NCBI GenBank assembly: GCA_013239625.1
Contig: MU053561.1
Location: forward strand, 126,826 to 190,825
Reading direction: 5' to 3'
Source of the DNA: Lama guanicoe
Taxonomy: Eukaryota
Length of the DNA stretch: 64,000 nucleotides
Shown: piece after piece, positions 37,730 to 50,200 of the stretch
How positions within the stretch are numbered: position 1 is the stretch's first letter
Layout: the number at the start of each line of letters is the position of its first letter
Program-made: the position numbers and the translations under genes
The notes under the pieces: model-generated
What the model was told of the DNA's origin: nothing
Databases searched by the model: none
The model's input: only the letters and a program-made list of their open reading frames with translations

Positions 37730-38260
37730 AGCGGAACCTTGAAAGTTTCTGAAGGTGGAAGGGGAGATGGCGGAACTAGTGTTTCAGTAGTTGTGGTTCT
37801 CGGTGGGAAGACAATTCTGGGGACCGGTAGTGGAGCGCTTTGGAGCTTGTTTCCGGCCACCTCAGCGGGAAGCGCAGACGCCAGCAGCTGGTCTTCGGGA
37901 GCTAAGGTAGAGGGCTAACTGTTGTCGCGGCGGAGCAAATCAAGGCTACACCTACGGCCGTCCGGGCCAGTGTTGGGTCTCTGTAGCCTGTGAAGATGGT
38001 GTTGCTCACGATGATCGCCCGAGTGGCGGACGGGCTCCCATTGGCCGCCTCGATGCAGGAGGACGAACAGGTGAGCCGCTACATCTCCGCGACCCCAGGT
38101 TCCTGCTAGAGAGCTGTGTTTTTCGCACCAGATTCCGTCTTAGGACACGGGAGACCCTTGCGGCCTCCCAGACATTCCTGATCCCTGTAAAGTGTTTTTT
38201 TCTCTTTCGGCAGTGGAGAGACTTGCCTGTTATTAGAAAATTTCCCCGAAGGCGGAGGTA
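37730..38260 (+). promoter_or_regulatory. SEC22B CpG-island promoter / 5' UTR
   Basis: CpG-dense segment around exon 1, with a YY1-like AGATGGCGG (37765-37773), ETS-like CGGAA/TTCCGG motifs and no obvious TATA box; housekeeping architecture. Confidence 0.85.
37996..38070 (+). CDS. SEC22B: SEC22B coding exon 1 ([25 protein letters not shown])
   Basis: ATG at 37996 within a CpG island; donor CAG|GTGAGC after 38070; phase 0. Confidence 0.98.
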
Positions 38261-41200
38261 GATTTTTGTGTTACCTGTTTCTCCTTAGAAAAATGCTCTG
38301 GAGAAGGGATAGGTTCCAGATTGTGATCATCCAGTATTATGCAGTTCTTTAGGGACTTTGTTAAAATTCAGGATTTCTAATACTTTGCTGCTAATAAGGC
38401 TGACAGGTCCTGGGAAAAATCAGCTCCTAAATTCTTTTAGTAACTCCTTTTACTGCAGCACCTGATCCTTGACCTAGCTTGCTGACATCTGTTGAAAGTA
38501 GATTAGGTAATATTGCCACATATATGCACCTGTTTGAAGTTCAGTACAGCCCTTTCTTTCAAAGTTATGCCCAATTTCCACCTTCACTAAGCCTCACTAA
38601 AGTCCTGTTTTTGGAACTGTGACTCCTGTGTTATATTCCTATGATGCTTTGTACCTTAATTTTACGATTTTTCTTTGTCTTTCAATTAATTGAGTTTTCT
38701 AGCAGACAAATGACAAGTCTTAGTCATCTTTGTGTTTCCCAGAGCTTTTACAACAACAGCATAAAGCCGTGGAGATGCTGTGGGGAAATTTTCCTTGAAG
38801 GATATGTAGTTTGACTAAGAAATATTTTTCCCAGTGGGGCAGAAATCTGTTCAGTTTTCCATCTATTGCTTTGAATTCCAATGTGGGCAAAGAATACAAA
38901 GTGGATTTGAAAGTCTGCTTAATATCAGTAGGCCCTTATTCTCTGCCTTGATACTTTATTGAAAAAATTAGTTGATATATTACTGTGTGTTTCCTAATTT
39001 AATTCCTAATTAGGTATCAGCCTACCAAGATGGGTTGCTTTAATTGACAAGGAAAGGTATTTTACACAAAAATATTTTTGTGATTGTAATTCCATAGTGA
39101 TTTCCTTTAGGAATTTTGACTTTGAAAGATAAACTATTTCCTAAACTTTTAATATCTGCAAAAATATGAATCTGTGACTTATTTTTACTATTATAATAGT
39201 ATACAGAACATTTATAGAGTGCCTACTACATACCAACCCCTGTGCTAAGCCTGTTAAATGCATGATTTCATGCAGTCTTCATACCAGCCATTATGATAGG
39301 TACTATTATTATCCCCAGTTATAGATAAGGAAGCTCTGAAGCTAAGAGGATAGGTCTCTTGCTTAAAGTCACACAGCTAATAAGCAGCAGAGCTGGATTT
39401 TCATCAGGCTCCCTCCCTGGCCATCTTTCTTCCTTCCTCCTTCCCTTCCTTCCTTCCTTCTAATAAATTGAAGTATAATTAACCTACAACCACTATGTTT
39501 GTTCCTGGTGCACAACATAGTGATTCTATATTTCTGTCATCAGGTTTTTTTAACTTCAGCACTGTTGACATTTTGGGATGGATAATTCTTGTGGGAAAAC
39601 TGTCCTATGCACTGTAGGATGTCTAGCAGTATCCCTGGCCTCTGCACCTAATATGCCAATACACTACCACTACCCATCCTCCAGTAGTGAAAGCCAAAAG
39701 TATTTCCTGACATTGCTGCATGTCATCCTGGGGGAGGGGGGACAAAACCACTCTTGGTTGAGAGCCGCTGTTTTGGTTTTAAAAAAAAATTTTTTTAATT
39801 GAGGTATAGCTGAGTCACAGTATTACATGTTTCAGGTACATTCACAATTTTTAAAAGTTATTACTCCATTTATAGTAATAATGAGTATATTCCCTGTGCT
39901 TATCCTTGTAGCTTATTTATTTTATACATAATAGTTTGTACTTTTTAATCCCCTACCCCTGTCTTGCCCCTCATCCCTCCCCTCTCCCCACTGGTAACCA
40001 CTAGTTTGTTCTTTTTAATCAATATCTGTCTAATTGTAGAGCCTTAGTACCTAACCACTACCCTTTACTGCCTTGTTCTAAGACAATTTAGTAATTGTTT
40101 ACTTCTTAGGAGTCCAGAAGTAACTTTGTAAGAAACGGATATCTTTTATAGTTAAGTACCTTAATTGTCCAGGTTAAATAATTCAATGTATTTTTTCAGT
40201 TATTTACACTGACAATAGATATCATATTTTAGATAGGTACTAGATGGCTAGTCTCTGTGCAAACTATCTTTTTACTGGGGATAAATAGTTATTCAAATAA
40301 TACAATAGAGAGTTAAAAAAAAAGATACAGAGTATATTATGCACTGTTTCCCTCTGTGCTTTAACTAGAAATGTAGGCCTACAGCAGGCAGAAAGATGAA
40401 CTTTTCTTTTCAGACCTGAACTCTCTGACTGATACTCTATTTCTTCCTTTCTGATATATTTCTCCTTTTGAGATGTTTGCAATTTCTTCATCTACTTTTC
40501 TGTTGTACCTCAAAATGAACCATTTTCTCTTCTCTTTTATTTTGCCCAGACTCTGGACTTGAAGAGGGTTTTAGATGTAACTGAATACACAGCAGGGAAC
40601 CCCAAGAAGCAGATAGTCTTCTGTATGGTTAAACTGCCACAATCATTGAGGGTTGATTAATCACCTGACTGTTACTGCTTTTAGAGGAAAATGGTTGGTT
40701 CTTGGTGCCACTGGCCTTTGATCTGTTCAGTTCAACAGGGATTTAAAAATAAGAGCTTAGTTAAACATTTTTATAAAGGCAAAAGATGGCATTTGATACA
40801 ACTACTTGTTCAGCAGTCATAGGTGACAGCAATAAAAAGTATTGTGGTTGTGTGGCAAATTACTACCATGTACCTCTTGCATTTTATATACAGAACCAAA
40901 TCCTAAATATACTGTTGAATGACCTCAAATTAGTTTCAGAATTTGTGCAGACATTCACATCCACTTCATTACTGGATTACTAACAGCTGTCTTTCCATTA
41001 TACTGTGTACAGGTTTCATCAAGCCTGTTCTAGATGAAGTAGAAAACAGAATTAGGACATCTAATCTGACTATTTTTAGATAGGCTCACTGACTGTGGGC
41101 TTTTTGTGACTGTAATCTTGAAAGCAAACCTATCTGTAAAGCAGTGATTATATTGTTTTGTGAGATCTAGATCAGAGATGCCATATGGTTTCTTGAGCAT

Positions 41201-44200
41201 TTCCTATGAATTAGATTTCATATTAAATAGTTGAGATGTCACTTAGGTGGATCTACCTTCACTGAAGCAGTTTTCATTGCAGAGGTGGTATAGCATGCCC
41301 AGGAGCAGAGGCTAGAGCTGGACTGCCTGGGTTCAAATCCTCCCTCCCTTTATTGGCCCCAAGACCTAATACTGTAGGGGTGCAAATATGCAATAAATAG
41401 GAATGGATAAGTGAATAATTTTTCCCATTATAAAATTAACTTGTGATTATTGTAGAAAATTCAGTAAAATGTATACAAGCAAAAGAACCAAAAAGTTAAT
41501 GGTGATTATTACCTATAATCCTATAATCCCAATTTAAATTACATCCATTTGATGTATAGCCTTAATCTATGTGTGTGTGTAAAATTAAATAATAGGTAAT
41601 ACTGCAAGACTGTTCCACCTAATATTTTTCACTTAGTGAATAATAAATATTTTCTCATATCATTAAATATTTATATAGCATCATTTTAATGGCTCTATAG
41701 TATTTCATTATATAAATAATAAGAATTTTTCTTATTTGCCATTTATTTAGCTAGTTGCTTTAAAGTGCTTACCTGCCTTTAGCTGTCAAAAAACATATTT
41801 AACATGTATGGTTGTAGTTATTTTACAAATACCAGTGTCTGAGTTCCACCTCTGAGACACTGATTTAATTAATTTGGGATGGAGATTGAGCAGAAGTAGC
41901 TTTTTTAAGATTTCCAGGTGATTCTAGCATGAGACCAAGGTGAAAGTCATTGATCTATGTTGGTATTACTTCTCAGCATTTTAGTAGCCTTTCCAACTTT
42001 ATTTGCATCCCCTTTATCTACTGTTGTGGGATCAGATATCTTCAGAATGCCACATAATGGCACTGGTGAAGCAAATAGATTGGCAAGTACCATTCAAATT
42101 TAGGAACATAGGATATTGTGCATTAGTTCACAGCATGTGATGGTATTCACTCTCCCTGACTGGCTGGCCAGTCATGAGGAAAACAATATATATAGCAATA
42201 TTGTTTAGTATAATAGTGTTAATGTATATTATAATGTTAATTATTACAAAGCATTGTTAATATTATAACTGCATATGTATACATGTTAATGTAGGAATAT
42301 TTCTCAAGTGAACAGCCTTATAACAAATCATTGCCATAAAAACAAACTACAAATTGATACCTCTAGTGTTTCTGTCTAACTCCCCGGTTCACCTCATGCT
42401 TACTTCCTTATTTATGTTGAAATTTCCAGTTCACCATTTATCTATTTTATTTTATCTTATTTTTAAAATTTTGAATTATAACTGACATATAACATTATGT
42501 TTGGTTCAGGTGTGCAACATAATAATTTGATATTTGTATATACTGTGAAGTGATCACCACAATGAGTTTAGTTACCCTTCATCATGAGAAAAAAGTTAAG
42601 AAAAATTTTGTTTTCTTGTAATGACATTTAAGATTTACTTTCCTAGAAACTTTCAAATATGCAATACAGTATTATTAACTATCCCCATGACTTGCTTTAT
42701 AATTGGAAGTTTGTACTTTTTGACTCCCTTCACCTATTTTGCCCACCACCTCACCCACTACCCCTCTGGCAATCACCAATCTCTTCTCTGTCTATGAGCT
42801 TGTTTTTTGGGCAGTATTCCATTCTTTTTAAATGGCTGAATAGTATTCCATTGTGTATATACACCACATCGTCTTTATGCATTCATCTGTTGAGGAACAC
42901 TTAGGTTATTTCCATATCTTGGCTATTGTAAATAATGCCGCAGTGAACATGGGAATGCATATATCTTTTTAAATTAGTGTTTTCATTTTCTTTGGATAAA
43001 TACCCACAAGTGGAATTCCTGGATCATGTGGTAATTCTATTTTTCATTTTTGAGGAACCTCCATACTGGTTTCCATAGTGGCTGCACCAATTTACATTCC
43101 TACCAACAGTGCACAAGTGTTCCCTCTTCTCCTCGTTTTCACCAACACTTGTTATTTCTTGTCGTTTTGATGATAGCTGTTCTAACAGGGGTGAGGTGGT
43201 ATTTCACTGTGCCTCTGATTTGCATTTCCAGTTCACTCTTTTAAATGCAGCTTAGAATCCTATACTTGTACATCTGTTTATCTTTCACTTAGACAATTTT
43301 ATCATTGCTTCCTTGTTTTAACTCTGAGCTCAGTGGTTCACTATCTGGAATTTTAAGATTTCACTTTGTACTTCCTTATAGTTAGGCCTTAGGTCCAATA
43401 TCTGGGAGAACCTTGTATAAACACTTTTCTATTTAAACATTTGGTTATTAAATGTCTGCCAAGGATAGACTGTGTTAAGTCTTTCAATTCAAAATAAATA
43501 ATCCAAAATAAAATAATTCTTTCCCATCACATGGCAAAGTTGTTTGTTTGTTTCCCCCAGTATGTGGATGAATAAATAATGTGTATTTGCTTCCCATTCT
43601 TCATGCATTTCTTTTCTGTTTGGATATAGTGAATTATTGAGGTATGATTTCTCCTTTTGAAATGACATTGCTATTTTCCCCACTAGACTTTTCCCCCCTC
43701 TTTTAAAAAAATTTAAAAAATCATTTAGAAATTTTTCAGGAAAATATTGCCTGTAATTCTGTCATCTGAATATTACTATTTTCATTTTTTGTATGAACAT
43801 ATCCCTTGCTATCCAGACTTTTGCTTTCCAAACTTGGGAACCAATAGATTTATCTAGCAAAGGATATTTGACTTTTCATCTTTGTCCTCAATCTTGTTTA
43901 TTTTTACTTAGTTACAGTTATAGGATTCATAATAATTTGTAGTCATAGGTGCACACATTTAGTTTGGCTTACATGCTCAACACTGTAATACTTTGTGGAA
44001 GATTTTTCTTGATATTTCAGCATAAAATTGAGATTCATCAGTCTGTTGTTCCCAGGATTTCCCCCTAAGTGTAGAACAGGTCGTGCAGTTCTGTGCCAGT
44101 AACTACGCAAGGGAAATGGGTTAGGAGGAGGGCACTGACCTAATAGTGGGAAGAACACTGGATTGAAACAGTGCCTTAAATGTAGTTGGGGAGTACACTT

Positions 44201-47200
44201 TTGCTTTATATATAGCAAATAACTAATGTAGTTTTGTCAAAAAACTAGGGATTTGGTCTTCTTTTTTCTCTAAAAGTAAGACGTTTTTATTTTGTTAAAA
44301 TGAATCTTATTAACCTATAAGTGAAGGACCTTATTCACATAATGTCCTCAAAATATGATACTTCTCACTAATTGATACTGCTTTTTTTGTGGAAATTTTT
44401 TAAATGGAAGTGTCTTCTTTCAGTCTGGCCGGGACCTTCAGCAGTACCAGAGTCAGGCTAAGCAACTCTTTAAAAAGTTGAATGAACAGTCCCCTACCAG
44501 ATGCACCTTGGAAGCTGGTGCCATGACTTTTCAGTGAGTATAATCCTGATTTCTTTGTGATCATTTAAGCATGAAATACAGTAAATACAAATAACACCTG
44601 ATAAGAATGGTAACTTTTTTTTTTAAGTAAAGGTAACTTTAAAAATATAGTCTTTCCTTGAAAGCAACCTTCCTGGCTCTAATTCTGCAAAATTGAAATC
44701 TTGGTTTCTTTATTCAATTTGCAAACAATAATTCAGCCTGTTATCCTGTGTCTAGTAAAAGCTGTACCCATCATGCAGTAATAGATAATTGTTGGTTTGG
44801 GGGCTTCTTGGAGCCAGACTCATGTAGGTTAGTAACCTTGCTCAAACATCTACTGACAGTATAACCTTGAGCAACTCATATATTCTTCTCTAGGCCTCAG
44901 TTTCCTCTATGAAATAGGGAAAATAATTATAGTTTTGTGAGGGTTATGAAGGAATTCATGTATATCCCCAAACAACTTGCCTATCACACAGAGAATAGTC
45001 AACAAGTATTAGTTATTATTCAGAAAAAAGAAAATTATAACCAGGGGGGTAGAGGGTGGGAAGGGATAGACTGGGATTTCAAAATTGTAGAATAGATAAA
45101 CAAGATTACACTGTATAGGCACAGGGAAATATACACAAAATGTTATGATAAATCACAGAGAAAAAAATGTGACAATGAGTGTGTATATGTCCATGAATGA
45201 CTGAAAAATTGTGCTGAACACTGGAATTTGACACAACATTGTAAAATGATTATAAATCAATAAAAAATGTTAAAAAAAAAGAAAATTATAAAAGATAGTT
45301 TAAGAGCATCTAATCAGTGGATATAATGCATACAGCTGAGAGAGATTGAAGGGACTATTGTAGTTCAAATTATCTATAAATAATTGATGTTAAGTGTTTA
45401 ATACATGTCCAGTTGAAGGTGCTAAAACAGGAAGGATTAAAAAAGAAGAGGACAAGACGATCAGAGGAAAATAAGAAAGGATAAGCTAAATAATCCTTAC
45501 TATTTTAGGAACTCAGGTACCAAGATAATATAGACCTGGGAGGAGCTGCTGTGTTTAATTTAAAAGGAAAAAAAAAACCCTCTACTTATCAAAAACAAGT
45601 AAACAAGTATACAAAATCAAAATCAAACCAAAACCCTGGACTATTGGTTAAGAAAGTAGTGGATATTAAGTTTCATAAGCTATTTCAACATCAAAAAATA
45701 TTACAGGCATTTAGTTATATAGTATTTTTATCTCTACCATGGGTTGAGACAAAAGACCTAGGAAAGATCTCATGGAATTGAAGATATTTTCTTCTGCCAG
45801 TTTCTTCTAGGATTTTTTATAATCTCATCTCTTCCTTTATTTCCATCCAAGAGCTATTTATTAAAGATTTATTCTTTGCCAGGCCATGAATTAAGTCTTG
45901 CCTTTAACGTCCATAGCTTATCCTTTTATTAGCAGAGACAGACACATAAACAACTATACTATAATATGTTAGGGCAAGAAGTGCTGTATTGGGATATAAA
46001 TGAAATACTTTGGGAGCAGAGAGAAGGAAGCAATAAATTCTCACTTATAGAGAGTAAGTTTGAGAAAAGGGGACAGAGGAGGGGAGAATACAGAGAAATC
46101 TCACAGAAAAATTAGAATTGAGCATATGAAAATGAACAAGGTTTCTCTAGGTACATAAAAGAATAGTATAGTTAGGAAAAAAACAGTATACGCAGTAGAT
46201 CATGAGGATGTGGAAGAACCTAGCTTGTTGGAGAACAGCATGTCATTTGATGTGTTAGCGTACGTGATGGAGAGCGGCCTGCGGTTTTGGAGGGCTACAC
46301 ACACTATACCAGGGAGTATGATTTTATTGTATAGGTGTTAGGGAACTTCTAGAGTTTTTAAGCAGGATAATATGGTCGTATTTACTTTTTAGGAATAAAG
46401 CTGATGGCTTCGAAGATGGTTGGGACTGAAGGCAAGGAGACCAGTTAATTTAGGTGCCCTAGCAAGAAATAGGATAGTAATATTATTAGTTTTATTTCAA
46501 GGGTCTGAGAGATCATATAATAGACTATAAACCATGCTCTGTGGGATCCTAAGATGTCTTGGGAGCCACATAGAAAGGGCACTCATGGGGGTATGTGTAA
46601 TGCTCTGGGCCCTTCAACTGCTACTTAAATGAAAGAACTTCTCATTTTATTTGCTGTACTTATTGGTCTTCTGAATATAAGTTTGCTGAAATAAAGAATA
46701 CTGTGACTAAAAAGACTTGAAAACCACGAAGTAGCCCAACCCCCTTCCTAAAATATCTCAGACATGTAGTCATATAGCCCCTTCCAGAGTGCCAGCGAGC
46801 TCAGTCTCCGAAGAGGAATCAGTTCTGTTACTGAATAGTTTCCAGCTGATAGAGTTCTCCTCCCCTGGAAATTAGGGAATATTATTAGTCCTGAGGTTGT
46901 TATTTTCTACCTAGTAAATATTGTGGCATTAACTTCCAACTTTTAAGTGTCCACAAAAATTTCCAGTTCCACTGTTTTTTTTCTTATAGCTGGAAGAAGT
47001 TTAAATATGTATGCACTTGTTTACCATACATAATCAAATGGTGGATGGAGTCACAACTCCGAGCTTTCAAGAAAAAGTCTTAGGTGTTAACATATTTTAG
47101 CTGAAGAATTATGTAATGAAGAAACATGTCTGAATACTCCTTTTGGAATGTACTTCTAATAATGGGAAGATGTTTGCTTTCTGATTCCAATGATTCGTGG

Positions 47201-50200
47201 TTTGAAATTGACTTTCTGATTTAGTTAGCCTCAAAGGGCTTATGCCAGAATATTTTCAAAAGTTTGTATGGCACTGAGAGTCTGTTTCAAATTGTTGGAA
47301 GTATTGTTAATCTATAAATGACTTTTTCTTGCTTTTTTATTTCTTCAGCTACATTATTGAACAGGGGGTGTGTTATTTGGTTTTGTGTGAAGCTGCCTTC
47401 CCTAAGAAGTTGGCTTTTGCCTACCTAGAAGATTTGCATTCAGAGTTTGATGAACAGCATGGGAAGAAGGTGCCGACTGTGTCTAGACCCTATTCCTTTA
47501 TTGAGTTTGGTAAGTTTTTGCTCCTCACCCCTTTGTCAAGGGATTAAATAATATGGAGAAGCTATTGATATAATTTTGACACCTTTTTTCCTGATGTTTA
47601 CTTACTGAAGTTTTAGATTCTGCCTCCTCTTGCATTCTGTGTCTTTTGTCCTTTTGAATGAATGAGGCTTCTTTCTCATAAGTAATTTTCTTTGGTCTTT
47701 TGATTTTTTCCCCATAGAACTTGTTGCCCTTTGCTCTTTCTTGTTATTTGGTTTGGTTTTTCATTAGAGTAAAAACTGTACCTAAAGATCTACATTGACA
47801 TGTCATAGCTGAGTTCTTTCCCCAACACAACCCCGCCCCCACTCCCCTTACCCCTCCTCACACACTCACAGTATGACTCATTTTATGGAGATCAGAATTT
47901 GGAAATCAGAAAGAATGGTGTTTTGTTTCTTTTAGTAGAACAAGATCCTCTAATTTTAAAAAAAGTACTAGAAGATACATGGTATTGTGGGATAACATTT
48001 GCTATCTGCAGAAGTAGTGAGCATGGGTGTCCATATTTGTACAAGAATTACAGAAAGGCTTATCACTGATCAGAGCAGGTAAATTATCTGATGGCAGTAG
48101 ATCAAAGGAAATGTCGTGTAAGTAGAGGAAGTGAGAGCAAGTATGATTAGACTACATCATTGACATTTGTAGTTAAAAAAGAGATCGATTTTACTATCTC
48201 TGAATTTCTGAAGTGTTTCAAGTTTGCTAGATAAGATTTTCTTGCTTTTTAGAAATAAAGAAAATTTAGCAAAGCATTCCAGTGTTTCATAAATATAAAC
48301 TCTCCAAGTGCTAATTTTTATAATGTCTGTTTTTTCAAGTTTTATTTTTGTAGACAATAGCAGTCCAGTAAATCCAAGGGAAAAACAAGACTGCTGTATT
48401 AGGGTCACCAGTAAATAGTTGATACACTCAAATTAGCTTAAAGGATTATATACAAAGCTATGAATGGGTTATAGGTGAACTGTAACGTACAGTAACCTGA
48501 GACCAGTAACATGGTAATTGTTATCATCCTAGGCCTGAGTGGATAGAGAAAGGAGCAGTTTCTGGAACTGGGAAGGAGAAAGTGTATAGAGAAGGCTAAC
48601 TTGAGAGGAACACTAACTTTTGGTGGAAGGATGCTGCCAGTCCAAGATGGCTTCTCAGGGAGGAGCTAGGGGAATAAATACTTTGACATCACTATCTACA
48701 CTTCTTCTTCCCTTCTCTTGGAGCTCCCCCATTGGCTGAACCTAACTGGAGCTAGAGGGCAAGGAACCCATTGATGCAGTCCATGTAGATCAGCTTCCCA
48801 AGGCAGAAAGCAGATGCAGAGGGTGAAGAGGAAGATCTAAAGAGGCAAATGAAGGGTATTCAGTACACATATCTTAGGATTTTTGCCATAAGTTGAAAAT
48901 ATAATCTTTAATGATCATTCTTTTTATAGTTTTGAGATACACAGATATTGGCAAAACATGAATGAAACTGTAGTTTTATAGTGGTATTTTGGGAAATTCC
49001 CTGTCACATTGATACTCATTCAAGAGCTTAGTTAATCATGGACAATTGCAGATTCAGGACTAAACTCAGAAGTTGCTCTTTCTTACTTCTTTGGATGGAC
49101 ATGAAAGAAGTTGTTAATGGTCACTTTTCATCATTCTAGATACCTACATTCAGAAAACCAAGAAGCTCTACATTGACAGTCGTGCTCGGAGAAACCTAGG
49201 CTCCATCAACACTGAACTACAAGATGTACAGAGGATCATGGTGGCCAATATTGAAGAAGTGTTACAGCGAGGAGAAGCACTCTCAGGTATCTAAAAGCAA
49301 CACAAGTCTTCTGAAGAAGTGGTTCTTATTCCATAGGCAAGGACAGCTTATTTGGTGTACCTTTTATGCTGTCCGATTTCTATCTAGCACTGTTAAGAAT
49401 TCATCTCTCAAAAATGGATTACATTACAAGCTTCCAATATGATATGTTTTTCCCTAGCATGGTTAGTTTTTTTTTGAGTTGGAACAGTTTAAAGTTTCGT
49501 TCCATATCAGAAGCAATTACTGTTTCCAAGATGTTTACAAAATTAGACAAATATTTACAGAAACACATAAGTTAAGGGAAAGGAAAAGAAGAATGAAAGG
49601 CAATTGTCAAAGATTTATTGCATTGGTATCCTGAGTAGCCACTTTGGGAGACTACTGCTGCCAGATCAAACATTATAAAAAGCCTTTTTCATCAAGGCAT
49701 TCCTGTGCTGAAAAAATTTTTAAACCCTTGGCTTCAAGATAAGATCTAGTCTGGTCTCAGCTTACTTTTCATTCATTCAGTCATTATTAATTAAATACTT
49801 GCAATGTGCAAGGCCCTGTGTTCTCTGTAATGAAAGATAAGGAGATTGCAAACATCTCTCAGTCTCCTTAGTTCACAAACATTCTGCTTCAGCCAGGTCA
49901 GCTTCCTCAACCTCCTGGACCTGTTCTTTAAGATCTAGATAAGAACTGCCTCTTCAAAGAAGCCTTTCCTGGTCCTTATAGCCCACAAAGCATTAGTCTC
50001 TTTTGTCCTTCAAATTCTTAAAGCACTTACCTACACAGTGTTTTTTAGCACATAATGGTGTGTGTGTGTGTACTTACTTACCTAATTTACCATATATATA
50101 TATTCATACACCTAGTATTTAAATGTTACCTAAGTGTTTAATGTGGACATGTACCCTTTGAAGTGTTTCATATCTATTTCATGTATTTCTTTTATTTCTC

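Noticed and set aside
49287..49295. SEC22B intron 4 donor GTATCT as a possible U12 intron
   Set aside because: It reads GTATCTAA, not the U12 consensus GTATCCTT; most likely a weak U2 donor.
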